From a virus: 50,885 bases of DNA. The DNA is taken from the IMG/VR virus record IMGVR_UViG_3300009528_000004; one strand, written 5' to 3'. Below the pieces are notes generated by a model. The model was given only the letters and a program-made list of their open reading frames with translations, was not told the origin of the DNA and did not search any database. The position numbers and the translations under genes were made by a program. Below, one piece after another: positions 1-7,723 of the stretch (its first letter is position 1; each line of letters starts with the position of its first letter).

Positions 1-123
1 CCAGGCGCAGATTGACGAGGATATCGAGAAGATAGGAAAGCTCAGGAACAGAGTTGAGGACAATAAGGAGAAAATAAAAGCTCATGGAAACTGGCTGAAG
101 GAGAATAAACAGGTTGATGTTGA
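1..123 (+). repeat. Terminal overlap, copy A (identical to 50763..50885)
   Basis: Base-by-base comparison of both ends shows 123/123 identity. The repeat lies inside a coding frame. Confidence 0.97.
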
Positions 124-595
124 GGAAATAAGGACCAAGATTGATGAAGCCGAAAGTGTAAACAAGCGAATAAGGGCAGCGGAAGCATTCCGGGAAAAAG
201 AAACAGATATTAAAAAGCTATCCGGGGAACGCGATGGACTTACTAAACAAATAGAAAAGCTGGATTCAAATAAGAAACAGGCCCTGGAGAAAGCAGATAT
301 GCCCATAAAGGGGCTTTCGGTTGATAAAGACAGCGTAACTTATAAGGGCTTTCCCTTTTCTCAGCTCTCTGATTCCGAACAGCTAAAGGTATCTATGGCT
401 ATAGCGATGGCAGTCAATCCTAAATTAAAGGTGATCCGGGTAAGAGATGGCTCATTACTTGATGAGGAGAATATGAAGATCATCAGAGAGATGGCAAACA
501 ATAATGATTTTCAGATCTGGATTGAGAGAGTAGAAGAGGGGGAGGTGGGATTCATAATTGAGGATGGTGAGTTAAAGTTATCTAAAGAGTCCTAG
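1..595 (+). CDS. SMC/RecF-like AAA ATPase, C-terminal part (continuation of 50122..50885; joined gene 1236 nt, 411 aa)
   Basis: The frame starting at nt 2 is open to TAG 593..595 and is in phase with the ORF that runs off the 3' end. It has a K/E-rich coiled-coil middle, a signature-like 'LSDSEQLKVSMAIAMA' and a Walker-B-like 'KVIRVRDGSLLDEEN'. Confidence 0.85.
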   Translation, partial: QAQIDEDIEKIGKLRNRVEDNKEKIKAHGNWLKENKQVDVEEIRTKIDEAESVNKRIRAAEAFREKETDIKKLSGERDGLTKQIEKLDSNKKQALEKADMPIKGLSVDKDSVTYKGFPFSQLSDSEQLKVSMAIAMAVNPKLKVIRVRDGSLLDEENMKIIREMANNNDFQIWIERVEEGEVGFIIEDGELKLSKES

Positions 596-787
596 AAAAG
601 TCGCTATAAGGAAAACAAATGAAAATCATTATCAGACAGAAATCGGCTACTTACGGACTACGTTTTCCGCCCGCTTTCCCCAAAGTACGAGTAGCCTTTT
701 TTTATTGGGCCCGTTATCAGAGTTCTCTCCTGTCTCTGGTGCGGGCTCATTTCTATTAAAGGGATAATTAAGGATAGGAAATAAGTA

Positions 788-1591
788 ATGGCAAACCCAC
801 AGCGAGAGAATGGCCATATAGATATAGCGAATGAGATCGCTGATCATCTAGCAAAAATAAGAATACCAGGGCAAGAAATGCAAATCTTATGGGTAATTTT
901 TAGAAAGACCTGGGGATGGCATAAGAAAATAGACACTATTTCTCATACCCAATTCGCAAAAGCCACAGGAATTGAGAGGAGACACGTGGCGAGACTGTTA
1001 GAGAGCTTACTTAAAAAAGAACTTGTCACCAAAAATGGTGATAGTTATATCTGTAAGTATGGAATACAGAAAGACTGGGAGAAATGGAAACTATCACCAA
1101 AAATGGTGACTATCACCAAAAATGGTGATACCCCTGTCACCAAAAATGGTGACGCAACTATCACCAAAAATGGTGACCACAAAAGAAAGAAAGAAAACTA
1201 TACAAAAGAAAGACCTCACCGGTTAATTAAGAAAGTGGCATACAAAGATAAACATTTGACCCTGGCCAAGCTACTAGAGAAGCTCATTAAAGAGAACAAG
1301 CCGGACTATGTATTCGCGGGAAGACATCTCGATAGGTGGGCTAACGAGATCAGACTTATGGAGGAGAAAGACAGAAGAGATCTAAAGAAAGTAAGCGTAA
1401 TAATTAGCTGGGCCCTAAATCATTCATTCTGGAAAACTAATATCCTGAGTGGTAGCAAACTCAGAAAGCAGTTTGATAAGTTAGAAATACAACGTAAGGA
1501 GGAATTAGGTGGAAGCAAGCAGAATCGGCAACATTATCAAACAGACAAATCTAGGAAAGAGGATAAATATAGGGACCTTTACGAAACCTGA
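788..1591 (+). CDS. Replication initiator, phage O-like N-terminal winged helix
   Basis: 'ILWVIFRKTWGWHKKIDTISHTQFAKATGIERRHVARLLESL' fits the replication-protein-O N-terminal pattern. The gene contains five exact iterons. Confidence 0.8.
   Translation: MANPQRENGHIDIANEIADHLAKIRIPGQEMQILWVIFRKTWGWHKKIDTISHTQFAKATGIERRHVARLLESLLKKELVTKNGDSYICKYGIQKDWEKWKLSPKMVTITKNGDTPVTKNGDATITKNGDHKRKKENYTKERPHRLIKKVAYKDKHLTLAKLLEKLIKENKPDYVFAGRHLDRWANEIRLMEEKDRRDLKKVSVIISWALNHSFWKTNILSGSKLRKQFDKLEIQRKEELGGSKQNRQHYQTDKSRKEDKYRDLYET
1026..1176 (+). repeat. Origin-type iterons: five exact copies of TCACCAAAAATGGTGA (starts 1026, 1094, 1113, 1137, 1161) followed by an A-rich tract (1177..1215)
   Basis: Read directly from the sequence. 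Each copy is an inverted repeat TCACCA/TGGTGA around AAAA. The four clustered copies are spaced 19, 24 and 24 bp. Each copy encodes (V/I)TKNGD in the initiator. Confidence 0.8.
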
Positions 1592-2309
1592 ATGTAAGAA
1601 GTGCCATAAACTTATAACTTGGAAAGAAGCGGAAAGAGGTTTATGTAATAAGTGTATGGCTCCCATATTAAAGGCAAGGCAGGATGGGAGGCTGAAAGAA
1701 ATAAAGGAGAAGATAAGAGACCTATTGGCAAGCCGGGGAGTACCTAAGAGATATTTGGGCTGTACGCTAGACAGCTTCCGGGCAATAGATATATCGAGGA
1801 AAAGGGTTTTAGGGATCATTAGGAGATATACTGAGAAACCGGTCAGTGCTGGCGAGGGGTTATTCCTGACTGGCAGCAACGGAACGGGCAAGACTCACCT
1901 GGCTATTGCTATTATGAGGGAGCTTATCCTGGATGATCACCTGAGCTGCTATTTTATAAAAGTACCGGATCTCCTACTAAACATCAGGGAGCATATCGCG
2001 AACGGGCTGAGCGAGAAGGATATAATAGAGAAATACAAGGAATACGATTACTTATTCCTAGATGAATTAGGGGTGGAGAAGGTGAGCGAGTGGGTACTGC
2101 AGGACTTATATTTGATACTTGATGGCAGGAGTGGAGCTCTGAAGCCAACGATAATAACCTCTAATTTAGGCTTGGAAGAAATAGAAGAGCATATCGGCTC
2201 AAGGTTCGTCTCCCGGATAGTGGAAATGTGCAAAAGCGTAGTGATGGAGTTTGACGATTGGAGAAAGCTATCTAGGAGAAAGAAGATAAGCGGGGGCCAG
2301 GGATCATGA
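1509..2309 (+). CDS. DnaC/IstB-like helicase-loader ATPase with N-terminal zinc ribbon
   Basis: GTG start 7 nt after AGGAGG (1496..1501), overlapping the initiator gene by 83 nt. Motifs: 'CKKCHK...CNKC', Walker A 'GSNGTGKTH', Walker B 'LFLDELG'. Confidence 0.8.
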   Translation: MEASRIGNIIKQTNLGKRINIGTFTKPECKKCHKLITWKEAERGLCNKCMAPILKARQDGRLKEIKEKIRDLLASRGVPKRYLGCTLDSFRAIDISRKRVLGIIRRYTEKPVSAGEGLFLTGSNGTGKTHLAIAIMRELILDDHLSCYFIKVPDLLLNIREHIANGLSEKDIIEKYKEYDYLFLDELGVEKVSEWVLQDLYLILDGRSGALKPTIITSNLGLEEIEEHIGSRFVSRIVEMCKSVVMEFDDWRKLSRRKKISGGQGS

Positions 2310-2452
2310 AGAAAATCCTACTTTTTATCTCTGTTCTGGCTATAATTACCGTTCCGAGCGAGGCAACGGCAATCCTGTGGGTCCTCTTCACGTCAATTTG
2401 GACCTGCTTTTTCCTACTTCGGGCGCTGAGAGAGGGAAAGGAGAGCAGATGA
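2306..2452 (+). CDS. Small hydrophobic protein (48 aa)
   Basis: ATGA overlap with the loader stop. Two hydrophobic segments. Below the ORF-track size cutoff. Confidence 0.5.
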   Translation: MKKILLFISVLAIITVPSEATAILWVLFTSIWTCFFLLRALREGKESR

Positions 2453-2703
2453 AACGAAAGAAATTACCTTGGGCCTGGGTTAGGTACGGAGAGAATTCGA
2501 TTATGTGGTGTGCTGAAATCAGGCCAGAGTTTAGACCTGATTGGAACATAATAAGTGTGGTATGGGGAAGAAGAATTAAGTATGGATTTACTATTCTGCC
2601 AAAAGACTGGTGGGTTCATGTGTGGCTGCCGAAATGGTGTAAGGGCAGAGGGTATTATATCTCTATCGGATTATGGCTACTTTCTATCCACAGGGGATAT
2701 TGA
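2449..2703 (+). CDS. Hypothetical Trp-rich protein (84 aa)
   Basis: Start taken at ATG 2449 (ATGA coupling, 'aaggag' upstream) rather than the track start 2377. No family recognised. Confidence 0.5.
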   Translation: MKRKKLPWAWVRYGENSIMWCAEIRPEFRPDWNIISVVWGRRIKYGFTILPKDWWVHVWLPKWCKGRGYYISIGLWLLSIHRGY

Positions 2704-2930
2704 TGATATATACAGATAAGGTTCATCTAGTAGGGAATGATTTATCGGAATTGCACTGTTTTGCCAAGTCGGTGGGGCTGAAACCGAGTTGGTTTCAGAG
2801 GCATCAACGACATCCGCACTATGATATTACGACGTCTAGAATGCTAGGGAGGATCCTGAGTAGGAACAGGGTAATTGTGGTGAGTACAAAGCGGTTAATT
2901 ACTGTTTGCAGGGGGAAAGATGAAGGATAA
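2703..2930 (+). CDS. DUF4031-like protein
   Basis: 'MIYTDKVHLVGNDLSELHCFAKSVGLKPSWFQ..HPHYDI' fits the DUF4031 pattern. In-frame ATG at 2703 with TGATG coupling. Confidence 0.65.
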   Translation: MIYTDKVHLVGNDLSELHCFAKSVGLKPSWFQRHQRHPHYDITTSRMLGRILSRNRVIVVSTKRLITVCRGKDEG

Positions 2931-3714
2931 GAAACCGACAGGAATTGACTTATTCGCTGGTTGTGGAGGATTCTCGTTAGGCATACGAGGAGCTGGGTTT
3001 AAGGTTCTGGTAGCAGTTGAAAACGATAAGGGGGCAGCGCAGACGTATAGGGCTAATCAGAAAGGAACAGTTGTCCTCGAGGAAGATATCCGAAAGTTGA
3101 CTGCAAGAAAATTACTGGAAATAGCCAAGATCAAGAAGGGAGAGCTGACTTTGCTATTCGGTGGTCCTCCGTGTCAAGGCTTCAGTGTGTTGAGTACAAA
3201 TCGAAGTCTTGATAATCCTAACTCAAAACTAATGAATGAATTTGTGCGGATGGTAAAAGGTGTCAAACCAGAAGTATTTTATATCGAGAACGTACCCGGG
3301 TTATTCGCATTTAAGGATTTCTTTATTCTACTAATGGAATGTCTTGAGAATTGTAGCTATGTAACTCGTTGTCTTATGATGGATGCGGTCAGTTATGGTG
3401 TGCCACAATATAGAAAAAGGATCTTTATTCAGGGAGCCAGGAAGGACTTAGGTATATTACCGAGTTTTCCTCCACCGACTCATTTTGGCCCAGAGCAATT
3501 AAAAGTAAAAGATGATCAGATGTTTCAGCCAGCAATAGTAGCTGTAAAATGCTTTGCTAAGAATGGATTCCCAAAAGAAGAAGTCAAGGATCTTTATTGG
3601 AATACTAAACTACATATTCAGATGAACCGTAAGACAGCCTTGAGGGTATGGGAGTGTGCTATAGGGGAGTTAATTGGAGAAGGATTAAAGGCTAGTTTGG
3701 AGGCTAACCGATGA
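2920..3714 (+). CDS. DNA (cytosine-5) methyltransferase, short form (motifs I-VIII only)
   Basis: Motif I 'DLFAGCGGFSLG', motif IV 'GGPPCQGFS', motif VI 'ENVPG', motif VIII 'QYRKRIFIQG'. I see no motif X (GNAV-like) in the remaining 90 aa. Confidence 0.8.
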   Translation: MKDKKPTGIDLFAGCGGFSLGIRGAGFKVLVAVENDKGAAQTYRANQKGTVVLEEDIRKLTARKLLEIAKIKKGELTLLFGGPPCQGFSVLSTNRSLDNPNSKLMNEFVRMVKGVKPEVFYIENVPGLFAFKDFFILLMECLENCSYVTRCLMMDAVSYGVPQYRKRIFIQGARKDLGILPSFPPPTHFGPEQLKVKDDQMFQPAIVAVKCFAKNGFPKEEVKDLYWNTKLHIQMNRKTALRVWECAIGELIGEGLKASLEANR

Positions 3715-4076
3715 ATAATGGACATGTTACGTTACATAAGTCAGCTAGTAGGTTTAGCAGCGGTGATAATATTTTGGTCTTTCCTTTTCTTAAAACGGTG
3801 ATGTTTGTTACTTTTCATAAAGAGAAAATCTGGATTATTGAATGTTTTACCCACGACAAGAAGAAAAATCAAAGGACATTCTTTATGAAGAACGGCCACT
3901 TGCTTTTCAAACCGAATGAATTTGATATGGGAATATTACTGTACGCCAGTGGTATGAAGGGTTTAGCAGAGTATATAGAGTATCTTAGGAAAAATACTAG
4001 ACTTGCTCTCGTTTTAGTTCCTGCACGTGGAGGCGAGTTAGAAAAGGTCAAAGGATATTTGACAGGCAAAAAGTAA
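3711..4076 (+). CDS. Hypothetical protein (121 aa)
   Basis: ATGA coupling to the upstream stop and same operon frame logic. No family recognised. Confidence 0.55.
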   Translation: MNNGHVTLHKSASRFSSGDNILVFPFLKTVMFVTFHKEKIWIIECFTHDKKKNQRTFFMKNGHLLFKPNEFDMGILLYASGMKGLAEYIEYLRKNTRLALVLVPARGGELEKVKGYLTGKK

Positions 4077-4086
4077 GGAGAAGGAG

Positions 4087-4308
4087 ATGAGAAAAGATCC
4101 AAAACCTCAGTATGCACCACCGAAAAAAGTTGTTCCGTGGTTGTTTTGGTATGAATGCGTTACCTGTAGAAAACTTGTTAAGCATGAACCTGTTTGGAGG
4201 TATCGGAGTCGGACTGTTTGTTGTGAATGTGCTGAGACACCTAAAATAGCTATTGGACAGATTAAACAGTATATAAAATATGGCGACCTTGACCTTGAAA
4301 GTGATTAG
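4087..4308 (+). CDS. Small zinc-ribbon protein
   Basis: 'CVTCRK....CCEC' cysteine pairs, with 'aaggagaaggag' immediately upstream. Confidence 0.55.
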   Translation: MRKDPKPQYAPPKKVVPWLFWYECVTCRKLVKHEPVWRYRSRTVCCECAETPKIAIGQIKQYIKYGDLDLESD

Positions 4309-4360
4309 ATGAAGAAAGAATATATTAAACTCCCTAAGCAAAAGGGGCAAAAGGTAAGGG

Positions 4361-5692
4361 ATGGAGACTAACGTAATCTATAATAAATCCTCAGTATCAA
4401 TGCCAGAAATAGATGATAACTCTATTGACTGTATTGTTACATCGTGTCCTTACTGGGGTTTGAGGGATTATGGCCAAGAAGCTAACCAGATTTGGGGTGC
4501 GGCGCCGAATTGTGAACATCAATGGGGAGATAAATTAGTAGTCAGGGAAAGAGGTTCTGTATCGGGTCCAACTGCTCAAGTAGGGAATCAGCAAAATCCT
4601 GAAATTGCTAAAACTCATTCTACTGGAGGTCAATTCTGCCAACTCTGCGGAGCTTGGTATGGTCAACTGGGCCTCGAGCCTACTTTAGAAATGTATCTTG
4701 AACATCTGCTTCTAATAACCCTCGAGTGCAAGCGAGTCTTGAAACCTACTGGAGTTATGTGGTGGAATCATGGGGATTGTTATTCAGCGAAAAGGTGGTC
4801 AGATAGTCCGAGTACGACTGGTATAAGTAGGAAATGCTCCGATATAGTAGTTGAAAAAATACACGGGTTGCCAGATAAATGTATGGTTCTCCAAAATTAT
4901 CGTCTCATATTAAAAATGATAGACGAGCAGGGCTGGATTCTCCGCAATGATATCAAATGGCACAAGCCTAATGCTATGCCTAGCTCGGTTAAGGATAGGT
5001 TGGCAAATAAGTATGAGCCAGTATTTATGCTGACTAAGGAAAAGAAGTATTGGTTTGATTTGGATGCTATAAGGGAGAAACATAAGCAAGAAACAATTAA
5101 CAGGAAAGATAACTGGGGCAGAGATAAAAAACCTGCTATCAAAGATAATATGGCCTATCAAATGAACAGGGTTTATCTAAACCCTTCTGGCAAAAACCCC
5201 GGCGATGTCTGGACAATCCCTACTCAACCATATCCAGAAGCTCATTTCGCTACCTTTCCTGAAAAGTTAATCATTAGACCTATATTATCATCCTGCCCTG
5301 AATGGATATGCAAAAAATGCGGTAAGGCTAGGGTGAGGATAACCAAGAAGGATAATCCCGACCATACAGGGAAAACGGACTCGGAATATAAGATTGGACA
5401 AAATGCTAACCGGTTAGCATTATTAAGGCAGGCGGCTAGGGAACGAGGAGAGGAATTTGTCAATAAGATTATAACCATCGGCTGGACTGACTGCGGATGT
5501 AATGCAGGCTGGCGACCGGGCATCGCACTTGATCCCATGTGTGGCTCGGGAACCACTCTTGCCGTGGCAAAGAAGAAGAATCGGCAGTTTATCGGCTACG
5601 AGATAGTCAAGAGCTATATTCCACTTATTAAGAAAAAGCTGGCCAAGGAAGATACTATGTTCAACCGGGACCTCAAGGAGCAATTCCTATGA
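4361..5692 (+). CDS. N4-cytosine/N6-adenine DNA methyltransferase (beta-type motif order) with Cys-rich insertion
   Basis: Motif IV-like 'IVTSCPYWGLRDY', 'HFATFPEKL', and a C-terminal motif I 'LDPMCGSGTTLAVA'. Inserted 'CPEWICKKCGK'. Confidence 0.8.
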   Translation: METNVIYNKSSVSMPEIDDNSIDCIVTSCPYWGLRDYGQEANQIWGAAPNCEHQWGDKLVVRERGSVSGPTAQVGNQQNPEIAKTHSTGGQFCQLCGAWYGQLGLEPTLEMYLEHLLLITLECKRVLKPTGVMWWNHGDCYSAKRWSDSPSTTGISRKCSDIVVEKIHGLPDKCMVLQNYRLILKMIDEQGWILRNDIKWHKPNAMPSSVKDRLANKYEPVFMLTKEKKYWFDLDAIREKHKQETINRKDNWGRDKKPAIKDNMAYQMNRVYLNPSGKNPGDVWTIPTQPYPEAHFATFPEKLIIRPILSSCPEWICKKCGKARVRITKKDNPDHTGKTDSEYKIGQNANRLALLRQAARERGEEFVNKIITIGWTDCGCNAGWRPGIALDPMCGSGTTLAVAKKKNRQFIGYEIVKSYIPLIKKKLAKEDTMFNRDLKEQFL

Positions 5693-5937
5693 AGATTAGC
5701 TTATTCAAAGAAGCCCTAAATAAAGTATTCGGAGCACCAAGTAGGCTCTATTATGGCTGGAAGGTCAGTCTATCGCTGAATATGCTTAAAAACTTACATG
5801 AGGATATGATAAAAGCTCATTATCCCAGACATAAACACAGGCAGTTTTGGAGGGATTTTGTCAACTCTCCGGCTCGCCGTCAGGCGATTGAGCTTAGTTT
5901 GAGGAGGAAAATATGCAAGCAATTAAAGAAGAACTAG
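5689..5937 (+). CDS. Hypothetical basic protein (82 aa)
   Basis: ATGA coupling to the MTase stop. No family recognised. Confidence 0.5.
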   Translation: MKISLFKEALNKVFGAPSRLYYGWKVSLSLNMLKNLHEDMIKAHYPRHKHRQFWRDFVNSPARRQAIELSLRRKICKQLKKN

Positions 5938-6032
5938 AGAAAGTAGAGTGCGAGATATGCCACGGAGTAGGTTCGACCTCTGACCACCACGATCCTTGTA
6001 GTAACTGTGGCGGTAAGGGATATATAGAATGA
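5913..6032 (+). CDS. Mini protein (39 aa) with two DnaJ-type CxxCxGxG zinc-finger motifs
   Basis: 'CEICHGVG' and 'CSNCGGKG', with GAGGAGG at 5901..5907. Below the ORF-track cutoff. Confidence 0.55.
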   Translation: MQAIKEELEKVECEICHGVGSTSDHHDPCSNCGGKGYIE

Positions 6033-6121
6033 CCGAGTTTCCCTGCAAGATAAGGGTTAACCATCAAGAAAGAATCAAAACGGCTAATTCGGGGCGAAAA
6101 TAAAGCCTGGGGGCAAAATAA

Positions 6122-6586
6122 ATGACTAAAGTGATAAAAATGGTTGAGACGAATCGTTACCAGGGCGGTAGACGAAAAGACCTCAATAATACCTATTTCA
6201 GGAGCCGGTGGGAGGCGAATTATGCTAGGTACCTCAACTTCCTCAATGTAAAGTGGCAATACGAGCTAAAAACGTTCTACTTCTCAGGGATAAGGAGGGG
6301 AAACGTCTCCTATACGCCCGACTTCTACCTGCCGGATGAGGACAGGTGGATAGAGGTAAAGGGCTACCTCGATCAGCCCTCGAGAACGAAGCTAAAGCGG
6401 TTCAAGAAATACCATCCAAAACAGTTTATTAAATTGACTATTGTTATCAGAGATCCCTGGGCGGAAAGTAAATCAGCTATTGAGATGATGAAGTTTCTAG
6501 AGAAGTTGGGCGTTTCTACAGAGGCAATAGAGGGCTACAAGGAGATAGAGGATAAGTTCGGCGGGCTGATAGGTAGTTGGGAGTGA
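6122..6586 (+). CDS. PD-(D/E)XK nuclease, DUF1064-like (resolvase-type)
   Basis: 'FRSRWEANYARYL', 'YTPDFYL' and 'IEVKGY...TKLKRFK' reproduce the DUF1064 order of conserved blocks. Confidence 0.7.
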   Translation: MTKVIKMVETNRYQGGRRKDLNNTYFRSRWEANYARYLNFLNVKWQYELKTFYFSGIRRGNVSYTPDFYLPDEDRWIEVKGYLDQPSRTKLKRFKKYHPKQFIKLTIVIRDPWAESKSAIEMMKFLEKLGVSTEAIEGYKEIEDKFGGLIGSWE

Positions 6587-6589
6587 GAA

Positions 6590-6733
6590 ATGAACAGGAC
6601 TGAAAGAAGGAAATTTCTTAATAAGTGGTGTTCTTGTCAGAGCGGAAAGAAATATAAGAACTGTTGTTTTCCGAAGGACGTAAAGAGAAGGGAGAGGGAG
6701 ATCAAGAAAAGCCTGAGAATAGCATTGCACTGA
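6590..6733 (+). CDS. Small SEC-C-motif metal-binding protein (47 aa)
   Basis: 'CSCQSGKKYKNCC' matches the SecA C-terminal zinc motif. The start is 4 nt after the upstream stop. Confidence 0.55.
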   Translation: MNRTERRKFLNKWCSCQSGKKYKNCCFPKDVKRREREIKKSLRIALH

Positions 6734-6738
6734 GTGAT

Positions 6739-6766
6739 TTGACAAGAGAAATTGATGTGATAAGAT
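6739..6766 (+). promoter_or_regulatory. Sigma-70-like promoter TTGACA-N16-TAAGAT
   Basis: TTGACA at 6739..6744 and TAAGAT at 6761..6766. It lies directly after the last early gene. Confidence 0.5.
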
Positions 6767-6772
6767 TATTAC

Positions 6773-6831
6773 CGACTAACAAACGACTAACAAACGACTA
6801 ACATATAAAAGACGAACATACGACCAACATC
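6773..6831 (+). repeat. Direct repeats: 3 x 11-bp CGACTAACA(A/T)A head to tail, plus degenerate copies ACGAACATA and CGACCAACAT
   Basis: Copies at 6773..6783, 6784..6794 and 6795..6805, with degenerate copies at 6812..6820 and 6821..6830. Non-coding. Confidence 0.85.
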
Positions 6832-6867
6832 AAAGACGGAAACGAGTTTTTGGGGTTGGTCTTTTTT
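6822..6867 (+). terminator. Intrinsic terminator
   Basis: GACCAAC (6822..6828) pairs with GTTGGTC (6855..6861). An inner CAAAGA/TTTTTG helix extends the stem, followed by TTTTTT at 6862..6867. Confidence 0.65.
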
Positions 6868-6893
6868 ATTAAGATTAAAAGGCCAAAATAGAT

Positions 6894-6967
6894 AAAGGGA
6901 GCGCCCGCAAGTCCGCCGCCAAGCAGTCTTGTTTTATGGGATGTTCTCCCTGGGCCGCTCCCCTTTC
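6894..6967. other. GC-rich imperfect inverted repeat (AAAGGGAGCG ... CGCTCCCCTTT) enclosing about 50 nt
   Basis: Arms at 6894..6903 and 6956..6967. A local GC-rich island in an otherwise AT-leaning genome, just upstream of the HNH gene. Confidence 0.4.
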
Positions 6968-6997
6968 TATTATAACTATTTTCCGGGCAGGTGCAAG

Positions 6998-7390
6998 ATG
7001 AGCGTAGCAGCGACAAAATCTAAGTGGCTAAAAGATATAAATACATTTGCTAAACAGAGACGAAGATATAACTGGAAAGTAAAACGTCAGAAGGATCGGC
7101 GGGCGCAAGAAGAATACTTTGAGGAGCATCCTTACTGTCAGGTCTGCTTAGCTGAGGGGAGAGGAAGGAGACCGGCTGATGAGGTTCACGAGATTCTCTA
7201 TCGCTCCCAGGGGGGTAAGTGCATACCGAAGAATGAGATCTCAACCTGCAGGCCTGATCATGACAGAATGCACTTCTTGAAGGGCCCATTTTTACATAGA
7301 GATGACCTATTTGAGATAAAGAGAAAGGAGGAAAGCTTTGAAGCCAATAGAGTGGAGAAAGATGGAAGAGGCGATGGCCGATATGTCTAG
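6998..7390 (+). CDS. HNH endonuclease
   Basis: 'CQVCLAEG...ADEVHEILYRSQGG...NEISTCRPDHDRMH'. Start taken at ATG 6998, because the track start 6929 lies in non-coding-looking sequence. Confidence 0.8.
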   Translation: MSVAATKSKWLKDINTFAKQRRRYNWKVKRQKDRRAQEEYFEEHPYCQVCLAEGRGRRPADEVHEILYRSQGGKCIPKNEISTCRPDHDRMHFLKGPFLHRDDLFEIKRKEESFEANRVEKDGRGDGRYV

Positions 7391-7529
7391 GAGCTTGTGG
7401 AAACAGTATAAGGAATATAAGGACAGGGGCTTCAGCAGAAGGCAGGCATTTGAGTTGACCAAGATGTTCCTTACAACCATTCTCCAGAAGGTCTTACTCG
7501 CTGGCGTTTTAGGACATAAAGATGAGTAA
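7338..7529 (+). CDS. Hypothetical protein
   Basis: ORF overlapping the HNH 3' end. The start is uncertain (TTG 7338 or ATG 7362). Confidence 0.4.
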   Translation: MKPIEWRKMEEAMADMSRSLWKQYKEYKDRGFSRRQAFELTKMFLTTILQKVLLAGVLGHKDE

Positions 7530-7722
7530 GGATAGTTGGGAGACTTTTACCTGCAGGATGCCCAGAAAAGCATACGTTTTGTTAGAAGATGAGCTAGAGC
7601 GAATTCGTAACTTGGCTGAGATCGATCCAGAGGATAAATTTTCTGATGAGGTTAGAGATGGTTTAGCAATGGAATTTATCGTAGCGCTTAGTGCTGCGAC
7701 TCCTGATGAGTCGGTGGTATAA
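7522..7722 (+). CDS. Hypothetical acidic protein (66 aa)
   Basis: ORF coupled to its upstream neighbour. No family recognised. Confidence 0.5.
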   Translation: MSKDSWETFTCRMPRKAYVLLEDELERIRNLAEIDPEDKFSDEVRDGLAMEFIVALSAATPDESVV

Positions 7723-7723
7723 A

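Noticed and set aside
1-123. The 123-nt direct repeat at both window ends could be a physical direct terminal repeat (DTR) of the virion DNA.
   Set aside because: The repeat lies inside an ORF that is only intact when the ends are joined. A DTR boundary splitting an ATPase gene is implausible. An assembly or circular-permutation overlap is the simpler explanation.
647-847. Minus-strand 66-aa ORF in the region upstream of the initiator gene. Similarly 6798..7016 (-) in the early-late intergenic region.
   Set aside because: There is no RBS. They overlap the start of the initiator gene or the terminator and repeat elements, and the opposite-strand context is unsupported by any promoter.
1026-1176. 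Regularly spaced identical 16-mers might be a small CRISPR array.
   Set aside because: The repeats are only 16 nt, the spacers are 3-8 nt (one of 52 nt), all copies lie in frame inside the replication initiator gene, and each copy is palindromic. These are iterons, not CRISPR repeats.
6929-6997. The ORF-track start of the HNH gene at 6929, which adds 23 N-terminal residues.
   Set aside because: The extension runs through the GC-rich inverted repeat and has no RBS. ATG 6998 gives a protein of typical HNH size.
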